Shown here in pieces: positions 43,985 to 54,245 of a stretch of DNA of 64,000 bases. Every line of letters begins with the position of its first letter. The first letter of the stretch is position 1. The position numbers were made by a program, and so were the translations under genes. A model generated the notes under the pieces. It had not been told where the DNA came from. It saw only the letters and a list, made by a program, of their open reading frames with translations, and did no database searches. This DNA is from Candidatus Latescibacterota bacterium (lineage in GTDB: Bacteria > Latescibacterota > UBA2968 > UBA8231). The stretch is taken from assembly GCA_965223905.1 (NCBI GenBank), contig CBDCXV010000001.1, positions 64,001 to 128,000 of the forward strand, read 5' to 3'.

Positions 43985-45176
43985 AGGATCGGCGCCATTG
44001 TGGGCAAGGAATTGTGCCGAGTGGCACTATACGGTCCGCCAGGAACCGCGCCGACAGCTCGTGGCCGAGCGCCGTGAAGTGTCCGTAGCCGCCGTGGTAG
44101 ATCTCGTTTCCCCTTTCGATCTGCTCGATGAAGGGCTCGCGCGGATAGGCGTAATCGATCTGCAGCCAGGCCAGCTTTTTCAGGATCCCGGCCTCGATCC
44201 GCTCCCTGTCCCGGCGGAATACCGGGCGAGACGCCCCCGGGTCGCGGCGATAGCGCCGGATGTCGATGACGTCCTGGAGGAGCAGGGGATCGGGTATCAG
44301 ATAGACGAAAAAGCCGATTTCGCGCTGCCGCAGGTGGCCGGCGATCCCGTCCAGCAAGCGCCCGGCAACCGCTGTCATTGCCTGCAGGTGAGCCTCCGAC
44401 TTGCCGAATTCCGGGGTGGCGATCATGCCGGCGTCCCGCGCCAGGGCGGCGATGCCCGGGGTGGCCTTTACTGCGTGCTTCCAGAACAGGCGGGCGACAA
44501 CGGAGCGGGCCAGCACGTTGTCCCGCAGCCAGTAGCGCAGCGAATAGGGGGGAGCCGGGAAAAAGGTCGGCTCGCCGTCCGCCAGGTCGAAGCGGGGGAC
44601 CGATGCCGAGGCGAGGGGGGCGAAGTTGTCCTGCAGGTCGTTGCCGAGGAAGAGGACGAGCACCACGCTGTCCGGGTTCCAGTCGGCGGCGCGCTCGCGC
44701 ACTGCGAGGAAGTGGGACCCGAGACCGTAGCCGTGCACCCCCCCAGTTCACCGCCTCGAACTCTCCTGCACCGCGCCGCGACAGGTCGCGCGCCAGGCGC
44801 TGGGAGAAGTTCGCCTCGATGTCGACCTGGTAGGCCTCGAGGAAGGAATCCCCGAGAAAGAGGATGCGGCGGCGGCCTGCGGCCGGCCGCGGCGCCCGTT
44901 CGCGATCGTGAAACCCGCGGCTGTTCGTGGTCACTACCCGCGGGGGGCCCTCCACCTCGCGAGTCCAGGGAATGCTCAGGTGGGGCCGCCCGCGAAAACC
45001 GAGGAGCTCGTCGTACTCCAGGGTGGCCTGCTCGACTTTGACGAACCGGGGCAGGAGCAGCTCCGCAGCAGCAGGACCGCGGCCGTCGCCGCGGCGACGA
45101 CGGCGCAATTCACCGCCAGGGTGCGCAGCGGGAAAGAAACGCCGCCGGCCCTGTCCGAAGTAGCCCTCACCGGCAT
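43980..45176 (-). pseudogene. SGNH/GDSL hydrolase-like protein (cell-envelope acylation type) with two frameshifts
   Basis: N-terminal TM, TNSRGFHD, FLGDSF, N(W)G(V)HGYG, FLGNDLQDN, GHFTALGH. Slips at about 45065 and in the C7 run at about 44740. Confidence 0.75.
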
Positions 45177-45246
45177 GGCGAACCCCCGCGGTATGTTCCC
45201 GGCGCTGGTCCCGATTCCCCTCCGGATGGGCCCCGCATCTTCGCGC

Positions 45247-45462
45247 CTACCTGACCGCTATGAAGTAGTGGATGACGAACCAGACCCCCGAGGTGGCGAA
45301 CTGCCCGAGAATGACCCCGATGAAGAAGGGCCTCGTGGCCACGTACAGCTTCACCCCGCCGTATTTGACGATCGCGGTCTTGAACAGCCAGCCGAGAAAG
45401 ACGCTGAAGAAGGCCGAGCCGAAAACCGCGCTCAGGGGCAGCCCCAGGGGATGCAGGGGCCA
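45247..45462 (-). pseudogene. C-terminal remnant of a second DUF6784-type membrane protein
   Basis: Manual translation WPLHPLGLPLSAVFGSAFFSVFLGWLFKTAIVKYGGVKLYVATRPFFIGVILGQF...* matches the C-terminus of 38698-40688. Confidence 0.75.
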
Positions 45463-45479
45463 GCAACGACGGCAAGAAA

Positions 45480-45845
45480 ATGCGCAAGCCTGTGGTTGCC
45501 CCCGAATGGGCCTGCAACTTTGTCATCGATGAAGACGATGTCAGCACCGAGGTCGACAGCCCCGCTGCCGGGATCACCGCCAGGGAGATATCGCTCTCGC
45601 AGAATTTCCCGAATCCGTTCAATCACACAACCCGGATAGATTTCGCCCTGCCGGAGTCCGCCGAGGTGGAGATATCCGTTTACGACCTGAGCGGCCAGAG
45701 AATACGGACCCTTGTCCGGGAATTCGTGACCCGGGGGAAACACACCGTCAGGTGGGACGCATCCGGTCTGACGACAGGCGTCTATCTGTACCGGATCAGG
45801 TCCGGCAACTTCGAGGACGTGAAACGGGCAACGTTGATCAAGTGA
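45480..45845 (+). pseudogene. Orphan T9SS-type/FlgD C-terminal sorting domain (5'-truncated gene)
   Basis: LSQNFPNPFN..IDFALP..VYDLSGQRIRTL..WDASGLTTGVYLYRI..KRATLIK; no signal peptide or passenger domain. Confidence 0.75.
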
Positions 45846-45929
45846 GGAATGCCTGCTGGTTGCGGCACCGCTGCAGGCTGTCCAGCCGCCCGTGAATCTG
45901 GCGGGTGGCAGTCCGGAAGGTAGTCGCGC

Positions 45930-46583
45930 TCAACCGCTTTCTGGGAGGTGGGTCGCAGGCGATTCCCCGGGAGCTCTTTGGCCGCTGTCGGGATTATTCG
46001 GCTTCAGTTTCGATTTGCCCGCACGAAATAACCACCTGGTGAATCGAAACCCCTGCTGCAGGATCAGGTCGATCAGGGCATCTTCCCTTCTTTCGCGGTA
46101 GAACTCCGCCTCCGCGCGATCCGGGGGCGGGACGGCCCACCTGGGGAAGGGGAAGGGGGGCGGCATCTCTTCCCGCATCGAGCCGGGAGCTGGCAAGAAC
46201 ACCGCAGGGATCGGCAGGGAGGAAATCAACTCGCCCTCCTCGACAAGCAGGGATGACACCGCCAGCCTCGGAAGGGCACCGCCCGTGCGGTGGATGTTGA
46301 GTCTTCCCCGTTCCGGGTCGAGCCGCTCACGGACAACCCATCCCGGCTTCCTCTCCCCAGCAGACCCTTCCGAAAGCCATTCCCAGACCTGGTAACCTGC
46401 GGCGCCGGACACCCTCGCCCAGCTAAGAGTCGCCAAGCCGTCCGACTGGGTGCAGTACACCGCGGCCGGCGCGGGGATTCCCGCTTCGGTCCGGGAGACT
46501 TCTCCTGCAGGCTCCGCGTTCGCCCACGTCGAGGTCAGAAGAAGGACGGGCAGCAGTCCGTTTCTTGTCAGCATGGCATGCAT
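45930..46583 (-). CDS. Hypothetical secreted protein
   Basis: Signal-like MLTRNGLLPVLLLTSTWANA|E; FN3-like LSWARVSGAAGYQVW. Confidence 0.5.
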   Translation of the reverse strand: MHAMLTRNGLLPVLLLTSTWANAEPAGEVSRTEAGIPAPAAVYCTQSDGLATLSWARVSGAAGYQVWEWLSEGSAGERKPGWVVRERLDPERGRLNIHRTGGALPRLAVSSLLVEEGELISSLPIPAVFLPAPGSMREEMPPPFPFPRWAVPPPDRAEAEFYRERREDALIDLILQQGFRFTRWLFRAGKSKLKPNNPDSGQRAPGESPATHLPESG

Positions 46584-46648
46584 CCCTTCTGAGCTCATTC
46601 TCGTAGGTCCGGCCCTTGCCTTGAAGCGTACGGTCAATATACAGGATA

Positions 46649-46822
46649 GAGGTAGCAGACCAAACGAACCGCCGAGCAGCAGTCGGGGCTCGGACCCCCC
46701 GCACATGTACACCCTGTCGCAGAGGTTCGGCCTCCCAGCCGGTACGGGGGTCAGAGTCACCCTGGGGGGCCCAATGACCCGTGGCCTCCGATTGCGCCGG
46801 GACTCCCACAGAGATCTATTTC
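46649..46822. ncRNA. Candidate structured RNA or leader (unclassified)
   Basis: Nested stems GAGGTAG/CTATTTC, GCAGTCGGGG/CTCCGATTGC, GACCCCC/GGGGGTC. Confidence 0.3.
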
Positions 46823-46953
46823 AACAGATGCTGCAGGAAGAAGTGCCCCATGCTACCGGCAGCTGAAGGTGCCTTCGCCGGCCACGACCTACCTCCTCCA
46901 GACCGATGCAACGGATTTATTTCAGGCCTGCCGGTTTCGTACCTTAAACCGTC

Positions 46954-49900
46954 GTGACTTTTCTCGCCCGCACCCGCCTTCTCCCGTTGCGAGCGTGGCT
47001 CATCCTGCTCGCACTGCTCTCTTCTTCCATTTCCGCGGCTCCACTCGAGCTGACTGAATCGCCAGGAGGGGACCTCATCCTGCGGCTGCGTCTCGACGCC
47101 CAGGAGGGGCGCCACCTGACGGCGACCGAAATCGACGGCCGGCTCACCCACCAGCTTGCCTTTCCCGATCTGCCGGCCCGGCTGACTTCGCCGGCCGGCG
47201 TCGAGCTGCCTTTCGCCGCCCACCTGCTCGCAGCTCCTCCCGGGGCCGGCGTCGAGCTCGAGGTGCTGGAGGCGCGGTTCACGGAGCTCGAAGACATCCT
47301 GCTGCCGCCTGCCCCTCCGTCAGCGGAGATCAGCCGTCCTTCGGGTCTCGTCGAAGCCGAGTACCTCGGCATTCTGCGCGGTGTCGACGCCTACGGTCTG
47401 CGGCTGTTTCCGGTCTCGTACGACCCCGGGCTGCGGCGGCTCTCGGCCTGCACCGACCTGCGGGTAGCGGTCCGGTTTTCCGGAGGCGGGCGTTTCAAAC
47501 CGGCAACGGGCGGGGACGGCGCCTCCCCGCTTTACGGCGCCTTCCTCAATCCGCCGGCAGAGATGCCGCCGCGGGCGGCGGCCAAGCGCGCCCGTGTCGA
47601 CGACCGCGGTGCCTGGTACGACCCCTCCCTCCCGTGGGTCAAGGTGAAGGTCGCTCACGACGGCGTCTTCCGCATCGACCGGAGCTGGCTGGCGGCGCGC
47701 GCCGTCGACCCCGGGGAAATCGACCCCCGCACCTTGCGGCTGTTTCACCTCGGCAGCGAACAGCCGCTACAGGTTTTCGGGCAGGAGGATGGCTCGTTCG
47801 ACGAGAGCGATTACCTGCTTTTTGCGGGCCGCTTCCGGCGCGACAAGGCCGGGCAGGTGGGAGAAAAGGATTTCGAGAGCATCTACGGCCGCGAGAATCT
47901 TTACTGGCTTACCTGGGGCGGAGAGACGGGACGGCGGTTCCAGCCCCAGTCCGCGGAACCGGATGCCGGGTACCCCATCGCCGAATTTTTCTGGACCACC
48001 GCCCATTTCGAGCAGGATCTGTGGTTCCAGGTTTTCGCGGATGCGCCTGACATCAACCGCGATCACTGGTTCTGGAGACGCCGCCCCATCCGCGGTCTCG
48101 ATGTCGACACCCCCGGCTCCGCGGTGTTCACAGGAGAGCTCGTCGCCCCTGCTTTCGGAGAGGAGTACGGCGCCCGGCTGCGGGTCGCCCTGCACGGACA
48201 GACCCCTGCCCACCACACGGTGCTCAAGCTGAACAACCAGCACATCGGGGACTATCTCTGGCGGGGACAGGTCGAGCTTCAGATTGAGGAGGAGATCTCC
48301 TCTACGTTCCTGAGGAAGGGCACCAACAGGCTGCTCGTCCAGGCGTTCGCCAGCGCCACCGAAGGGCGGGATCAGACGCTCTTCAACTTCTTCGCCATCG
48401 ACTACCGCGCCCGGCATGTGGCCTGGCCCGGATACCTGCGCTTCACCCACGAGCCCTCTACGGGCAGGCAGGTGGTCGTATTCGACTTTTCCCATCCGGA
48501 GATCCACCTGTTCGACACCGCGCGCGAGATCGTTTTCTCCGGGCTGCGGATAGACAGTACCCGCGCGCCGCTCTATACCGCCGTTTTCGAAGACGAAAAC
48601 CGGACGAAGGCCGAATACGTCATCGTCGACAGCGCCAGCATCCGCACTCCCGGCGGGGCGTTGGATTCACCTTCCCGTTTGCGAACGACACATCCGGGAG
48701 CCGACTACGTGATCATCTCCCATGAAGACTTCCTCGACGCCGCCGAACGGCTGGAAGGCCATCGCCGGGAGAGCGGCCTAGCCGCCGAAATCGTCGACGT
48801 CGAGGACATCTACGACGAGTTCTCGCACGGACTGATGTTGCGCGAGGCGATCGGCGCCTTCATCTCCCACGCCTACCACAACTGGGAGCGGCCCCCGCAG
48901 TACGTGCTGTTGCTCGGGGACGCCACCTTCGACTACCGCAACGTCCAGGGCGGGGGACAGCCCTGCTATGTTCCCACCCTCTATTACCATGCGCGCAGGC
49001 GCGGCCATTCACCCAGCGATTACCTCTACAGCCTGGTCGACGGCGACGACCTCCTGCCGGATGTCGCGGTCGGCCGCCTCGCTGTCGAGAGCGCCGCGGA
49101 AGCGAAGGGGGTGGTCGACAAGATTGTCCGCTACGACACCGAGCCTGCCCCGGGGGACTGGCGCAGCCGCGTCATCTACCTGGCGAACCACCACTCCAAG
49201 GATGTGTTCACTCTGCCCAGCGACGAGCTTGCCTCCCGCTTCAGCGAGCCGTTCGGGTTGCAGTCGGTCAAGATCTACAACCCCGACGAGCAGCACCTCC
49301 CCAACCCCACGGGGAAGGCGTTCCTCGACGAGCTCAACGCCGGAGCGCTGCTGGTGAACTTCAACGGCCACGGCGCCGCCGGCACGATGCAGTACCTGTT
49401 CTCGCTGCAGTTCCCCGACTGGGACTACCTCTCGCAGGTCGACAACGGCCGTCGCCTGCCGCTGGTGACGGCGCTCTCCTGTCTCAACGGAATGTTCGTC
49501 AACCCGCACACCGAGGCGATCGGCGAAGTCTTCACCGACCGCGCCGACGGCGGCTCGATCGCCTACATCTCAGCCTCGGCGCAGAGCTTCATCTCGCAGA
49601 ACGATCTCCTCGGCCAGCATCTGTACGGGCAGTTCTTCGACGAGAGAACCCTGGCCTTCGGCCCGGCCCTGAACGCCGCCAAGGTCCAGGTCCTTGCGGC
49701 GCACTCCTCCTGGACCGCTTCCGCCCTGACCATGCAGCTGTTCGGCGACCCGGCGCAGGAGCTCGCCCTGCCGCGGCTGCCCGACTATCAGCCGCTCGAG
49801 CTCGCCGCGGGAGAAGAGCTGGTGAGCGGCAGCATCGTCCCGGTCGCCGCGGTCCTGGCCAACAACTCCCGCGCCACCCAGGACAGTCTCACCGTGCTCG

Positions 49901-52476
49901 TCGCCGCCCGCGGAGAGGCAACGGAGGACACCCTCTACTTCGAACGCCTGGCGCCGTTTGCCGGCAGCCACCGCCTCTCTTTCGATTGGCACATCGGCGA
50001 GCGCCGCGGCGAGCACCTGCTCGAGCTCGTCGTGGACCCGGACGACCTCCTGGCCGAGCTCGATGAAGGCAACAATTCCGCCGCGGTCGCCGTCGATATT
50101 CTGTCCCCCCTCGTTCCGGAGCTGCTGTTTCCACCTGCCGGAGCCGTGCTGCCGGCTGCGGCAGCGAGCTTCGAAGCGGTGATCGAAGGGCAGGGGGGGC
50201 AGGTCGAGTTCCAGCTTTCGACAAGCAGCGGTTTCGTTGCCGGAAGCTCCGCCCTGTCTCCTGCGGTCGACGCCGTCGATGGATTAGCGGTTTTCGCCCC
50301 AACCCTCCCCGAAGGGACCTGGTTCTGGCGCGCCCGCGCCATGGACGGCTCATCGGCCGGGCCCTGGAGCGCCACCCGTTCCCTTTGGCTCGGCGACGAA
50401 GCCGAGGCGCTTCCGGGGGAGCAGCAGCGCTGGCGACAGAACGCGGTGCAGATGGCCGGTGGGGGCCTCGAGTCTCTCGAGCTCGACGGGGAACTGCTAC
50501 GGGTGACGCGCAGTTCCACACCGCTCAGGCCGGGAAGCGCCACCCGCGAGGACGGGTACACGGTGCGCGATCTCGAGGGCGCCGGGGTGCTCGTTACCGA
50601 CGGGACCTATCTGTATGCCAAGCGCTGGTACAACGACTCCTCGACCATCTATCCCGGCACCGACTTCTTCACCCGCATCGGGACCGGCCTGAACGGAACC
50701 GTGCGCACCCGCAACTACGGCACCTTCGGGGATTCGACCACGGGGGGCATCTCCGCCACCTTCCACAGCGACGGCTACATCTACAGCGAAAGCAGCCGCG
50801 CCTTCGAGCTCGAGCGGATTTCCCTGGCCACCGGTCGCCTCGATACCGTGGCGGTGCCGGACGGCCTGCTCGAGTGGAAGTCCGGCAAGGTCGAGGACGG
50901 CCACTCCCTCATCACCTCCGACGGCGAGCTCGTCTACAACGTGGCGATGAGCGCCGCCTCAGGGACCCGCACCGCCTGGGGCGTTCGCGTTTTCGATCCC
51001 GCGGACGGTTGGCGGCTGCTGCGCGAGTTCACCTCACCGCCGACGGAGAACGGCTTCACCTTCGAGTGGACCGACGGCATCCTCGCCGACGGCGAGCGCC
51101 TCTACTTCATCGAGTTCGGGGGACAGCGCCGCATTCGCATGGTAGACTCCTTGGACGGGCGCTTCATCGACGAATGGATGAGCGACCAGGACACCACGCG
51201 CGTGATTTCCGGGCAGTACGACTGGATCAACAACAAGGCCTGGCTGGGAGATCTTCTGGGGTCGGCGGTCTTTCGCTACTCCGGGGCGGGCATCCCGGTT
51301 GCGGGGACCGCCCACAGCGGCGCCATCGGCCCTTCCGAGCGCTGGCACAGCATGACCGTCGAGGGTTCCGGAGCGGTGACCACCGACGTTCAGGCAGCCG
51401 GCGACGGCGGCTGGGTGACGCTGCCGGGATTCTCCGGTCTCCTCCCCGGAGCGGTCGATCTGTCGGCGATCGATGCGGTCGGGAATCCCGTGCTGCGTCT
51501 GCGCGCCACCCTGAGCGACTCGACCCGGGAGGGTGCTTCCGCAGCCCTCGGCAGCTGGGAGGTGGTGTCGGTTCCAGCCCCCGACCTGCGGGCCGTGGCC
51601 GCCGCGGTGGACCAGGAGGATAGCCGTTTCGCCGTCGACCTGACCGTCCGCAACCTCTCTCCCTTTGCCGTCTCCGGCGCCCTGGTTGAGCTGCTGTCCG
51701 GCGAGAGGGCGATAGCAGGGGCAACCCGGACGCTGCCGGTCCTGGAGCGCGGGGTTGCCGGCCGGATTCGCATCGAGCTGGACGAGCAGCCGGAAGATTT
51801 CCCCCTGTTCGCCCGGGTATCCATTGCCGGTCGGCCCGACGCCCACCCCCGCGACAACATGATCCGCCTCCCGGTGGAGCCGAAGACCCTCCGTTTCTCT
51901 GCGCAGCAATGGCCGGCCGGAAAACCGTTCCTGCACGGGGATCCCCTTCTGCCGGGCCGAGCGCTGGTGATTCGCGCGCCCTTCGTCGAGTCGGGACGGA
52001 TCCTCCTAGCGGTCGACGGAGCCCCGCAGCAGCCTGACTCGACGTTTGCCGCTTCCCCCGATTCGGGAGTGCGCGTGCTGTACCGGCCGGCGCTGCCACC
52101 GGGCCGGCACCGGGTGCAGGTGCGCCTGTTCAGCGGCGACAGGGAAGTCGGGTCGGAAATAATCGCCATCGTCGTTGCCGAGGAGCTGGCGCTTGCCAAC
52201 GTGCTGGTGTACCCGCACCCGGTCAGGAAGCGGACCGCCATCACCTACGTGTTGTCGCACGAGGCGGAGGTGAGCGTCGAGCTGTTCAGTCTCAGCGGCA
52301 GGCGGGTGGTGCAGCTCGGTCCGCAGCAGCAGAAGGCGGGGTTCGGACAGCTGGAGTGGGACGGCAGGGACGGCGACGGAAACCTCGTCGCCAACGGCAC
52401 CTACCTCTACCTGATCGAAGCCGCGGCCGGGGAAAGACGCGTCCGGCAACGAGGGGCCCTGGTGATCGTCAGGTAG
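46954..52476 (+). CDS. C25 family cysteine peptidase (gingipain/PorU-like) with propeptide, CARDB-like and C-terminal FlgD/T9SS-type domain
   Basis: Signal peptide, DIYDEFSHG, YVLLLGDA, PSDYLY, AVGRL, catalytic NFNGHG and ALSCLNG, LFGDPA, VDPDD..ELDEGNN, VYPHP..WDGRDGDG..VANGTYLY. Confidence 0.88.
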   Translation: MTFLARTRLLPLRAWLILLALLSSSISAAPLELTESPGGDLILRLRLDAQEGRHLTATEIDGRLTHQLAFPDLPARLTSPAGVELPFAAHLLAAPPGAGVELEVLEARFTELEDILLPPAPPSAEISRPSGLVEAEYLGILRGVDAYGLRLFPVSYDPGLRRLSACTDLRVAVRFSGGGRFKPATGGDGASPLYGAFLNPPAEMPPRAAAKRARVDDRGAWYDPSLPWVKVKVAHDGVFRIDRSWLAARAVDPGEIDPRTLRLFHLGSEQPLQVFGQEDGSFDESDYLLFAGRFRRDKAGQVGEKDFESIYGRENLYWLTWGGETGRRFQPQSAEPDAGYPIAEFFWTTAHFEQDLWFQVFADAPDINRDHWFWRRRPIRGLDVDTPGSAVFTGELVAPAFGEEYGARLRVALHGQTPAHHTVLKLNNQHIGDYLWRGQVELQIEEEISSTFLRKGTNRLLVQAFASATEGRDQTLFNFFAIDYRARHVAWPGYLRFTHEPSTGRQVVVFDFSHPEIHLFDTAREIVFSGLRIDSTRAPLYTAVFEDENRTKAEYVIVDSASIRTPGGALDSPSRLRTTHPGADYVIISHEDFLDAAERLEGHRRESGLAAEIVDVEDIYDEFSHGLMLREAIGAFISHAYHNWERPPQYVLLLGDATFDYRNVQGGGQPCYVPTLYYHARRRGHSPSDYLYSLVDGDDLLPDVAVGRLAVESAAEAKGVVDKIVRYDTEPAPGDWRSRVIYLANHHSKDVFTLPSDELASRFSEPFGLQSVKIYNPDEQHLPNPTGKAFLDELNAGALLVNFNGHGAAGTMQYLFSLQFPDWDYLSQVDNGRRLPLVTALSCLNGMFVNPHTEAIGEVFTDRADGGSIAYISASAQSFISQNDLLGQHLYGQFFDERTLAFGPALNAAKVQVLAAHSSWTASALTMQLFGDPAQELALPRLPDYQPLELAAGEELVSGSIVPVAAVLANNSRATQDSLTVLVAARGEATEDTLYFERLAPFAGSHRLSFDWHIGERRGEHLLELVVDPDDLLAELDEGNNSAAVAVDILSPLVPELLFPPAGAVLPAAAASFEAVIEGQGGQVEFQLSTSSGFVAGSSALSPAVDAVDGLAVFAPTLPEGTWFWRARAMDGSSAGPWSATRSLWLGDEAEALPGEQQRWRQNAVQMAGGGLESLELDGELLRVTRSSTPLRPGSATREDGYTVRDLEGAGVLVTDGTYLYAKRWYNDSSTIYPGTDFFTRIGTGLNGTVRTRNYGTFGDSTTGGISATFHSDGYIYSESSRAFELERISLATGRLDTVAVPDGLLEWKSGKVEDGHSLITSDGELVYNVAMSAASGTRTAWGVRVFDPADGWRLLREFTSPPTENGFTFEWTDGILADGERLYFIEFGGQRRIRMVDSLDGRFIDEWMSDQDTTRVISGQYDWINNKAWLGDLLGSAVFRYSGAGIPVAGTAHSGAIGPSERWHSMTVEGSGAVTTDVQAAGDGGWVTLPGFSGLLPGAVDLSAIDAVGNPVLRLRATLSDSTREGASAALGSWEVVSVPAPDLRAVAAAVDQEDSRFAVDLTVRNLSPFAVSGALVELLSGERAIAGATRTLPVLERGVAGRIRIELDEQPEDFPLFARVSIAGRPDAHPRDNMIRLPVEPKTLRFSAQQWPAGKPFLHGDPLLPGRALVIRAPFVESGRILLAVDGAPQQPDSTFAASPDSGVRVLYRPALPPGRHRVQVRLFSGDREVGSEIIAIVVAEELALANVLVYPHPVRKRTAITYVLSHEAEVSVELFSLSGRRVVQLGPQQQKAGFGQLEWDGRDGDGNLVANGTYLYLIEAAAGERRVRQRGALVIVR

Positions 52477-52619
52477 CGATCCCGGGACGGGGCGCGGCCC
52501 GATGCCGCCGGGGATGGCCGGGTGGACGGGAGGGTATGGTGGCCTTTCAGGTCCGGCGTCCGGCAGGGAAATGGGACGATGTGGCCGGCTGGATCGGCCC
52601 GCTCCCTGTCCGCGGCCAC

Positions 52620-53195
52620 TCACCGTATCAGTCGGTCGACCTGAGCGAGGATTTCATCAGGTGCCGGGCGGTCGGAGACGTTTTCCCCTACGTATCTCCA
52701 CTCGATGTGGCCCCCGGGAGTAATGATGAAAACGGAAGGTGCCGCCAAGCTGTCGTTCAGAAGGTTGTAGACCCCGTAGTCCCTGGCCACCGCGGCGTCC
52801 TCGTCCGACAGAATGGCAAATTCAGCGCCCGTCAGCTCCACCATTTCCAGCCCTTTGGCGGCGTTATCGGTGCTGATGGCCGCCAGCGACACGTTCCGCT
52901 CCAGGAACCCGGGATACGCTTCTGCCAGCTGACCTAGCTGGACTTTGCACCCACCTCAGAAGAATCCCCTGTAGAATACCAGTACCGCTGCGGCGCGGTT
53001 TTCGAGCAGATCGGACAGGGAAACGGAAGTCCCGTACGCAGCAGGCAAGGTGAACGCAGGCGCCCGGTCCCCCGCAGAAACCGCTTTGGAGTCGCAGCCG
53101 GCGAGCGCGGCCAGGGCCGCAGCTGCCAGGGGCAGGAACACCGCACCTGCGAAACTTCCGCGGTCCGGGAGGCTCTCCGGCCGTGTGTCGATCAC
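52620..53195 (-). CDS. Peroxiredoxin/AhpC-TSA-like lipoprotein, selenoprotein (UxxC)
   Basis: Lipobox LAGC, GDRAPAFTL, VLVFYRGFF-TGA(52958-52956)-GGCKVQL, then ILSDED..VARDYGV..PSVFII in the same frame. Confidence 0.85.
52925..52941 (-). promoter_or_regulatory. Putative bacterial SECIS hairpin
   Basis: CCAGCT-AGGTC-AGCTGG; the loop starts 20 nt after the UGA and has G at its second position. Confidence 0.6.
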
Positions 53196-53266
53196 GTCTT
53201 CGCGGCCCGGTTCCTGGATGTCGAGGCTGATGTCACCGCTTTTTTTGCGGGATGCCTTGCGGCCAC

Positions 53267-53566
53267 TCAGCCGGAGGCCTGCCCGCGCACCGTCTCGATC
53301 TTGTCGTCGCGCTCCCTGAAGATCCTGTCGCGCACCTGGTTCATCTCTTCCTGAAACTGGCGCTGGTGCTCGGCGAATGCCTGCGGGTCGGCCTCCTGGG
53401 CGAGCCTGGCGATGCGCTGTTTGAGGGCGATCTCCTGTTCCGCCCACTTGGCCTCGTATTCGTTCCTGATGGCGGCGATGGCGGCGAGCTGCTCTTCGCT
53501 CAGCTTCTGTTGATTGTCGACCAGCTTTTCGGTCTTCGCCATCGCGAGTTCGATTGCAGATTTCAT
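53267..53566 (-). CDS. Small coiled-coil hypothetical protein
   Basis: MKSAIELAMAKT...; AAGGAG RBS; host-like codon usage. Confidence 0.8.
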   Translation of the reverse strand: MKSAIELAMAKTEKLVDNQQKLSEEQLAAIAAIRNEYEAKWAEQEIALKQRIARLAQEADPQAFAEHQRQFQEEMNQVRDRIFRERDDKIETVRGQASG

Positions 53567-53789
53567 TTCAGACTCCTTTGCAGCGGGTCGGCCCGGGGAT
53601 ACCTTGCAGAATGGATGGCGCCGGACCGCAAGTCACGGCCGCGCCGGATCGGAGAGAGCTTCGGAAGTCGCCACAAGCCGCCGCCTGTAGGCACGGCGCA
53701 TGGGAGGCGGTTGGCGGGACGGTAATTGCGCCCAAAATACAGGTGCGCAGATCAGCGCACAACAGACCTGAAACAGGGGAGAGAGGAAA

Positions 53790-54242
53790 ATGTCGAAGCA
53801 GTGGAAAGTGTACCTCGCCGGGGAAATCCACAGCGACTGGCGAGAGCGGATCGTCAGCTCCGCGGCGCAGAGGCAGCTTCCGGTATCCTTCACCGCCCCG
53901 GTAACCGATCACGCCGCCAGCGACAACTGCGGCGTCGAAATTCTAGGCCCCGAGGAATCCGGGTTCTGGAAGGATCAGAAGGGGGCTCGAATAAACGCCA
54001 TTCGCACCCGCACCCTGATTCGGGACGCCGATGCGGTAGTGGTCCGCTTCGGCGGCACCTACCGGCAATGGAACGCCGCCTTCGACGCCGGCTTCGCCTC
54101 CGCCCTGGGCAAGGCGATCATCGTCATGCACGACGCCGACATCGCCCACGCCCTCAAGGAAGTGGATGCCGCGGCTCTCGCGGTGGCGGAGACGACCGGG
54201 CAGGTGGTCGAGATGCTCGCCTACGTCACTCGGGAAGGGTGA
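53790..54242 (+). CDS. YtoQ family protein (nucleoside 2-deoxyribosyltransferase-like)
   Basis: VYLAGEIHSDWRE, PVTDHAASDNCG, YRQWNAAFDAG, HALKEVD. Confidence 0.88.
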   Translation: MSKQWKVYLAGEIHSDWRERIVSSAAQRQLPVSFTAPVTDHAASDNCGVEILGPEESGFWKDQKGARINAIRTRTLIRDADAVVVRFGGTYRQWNAAFDAGFASALGKAIIVMHDADIAHALKEVDAAALAVAETTGQVVEMLAYVTREG

Positions 54243-54245
54243 TGC

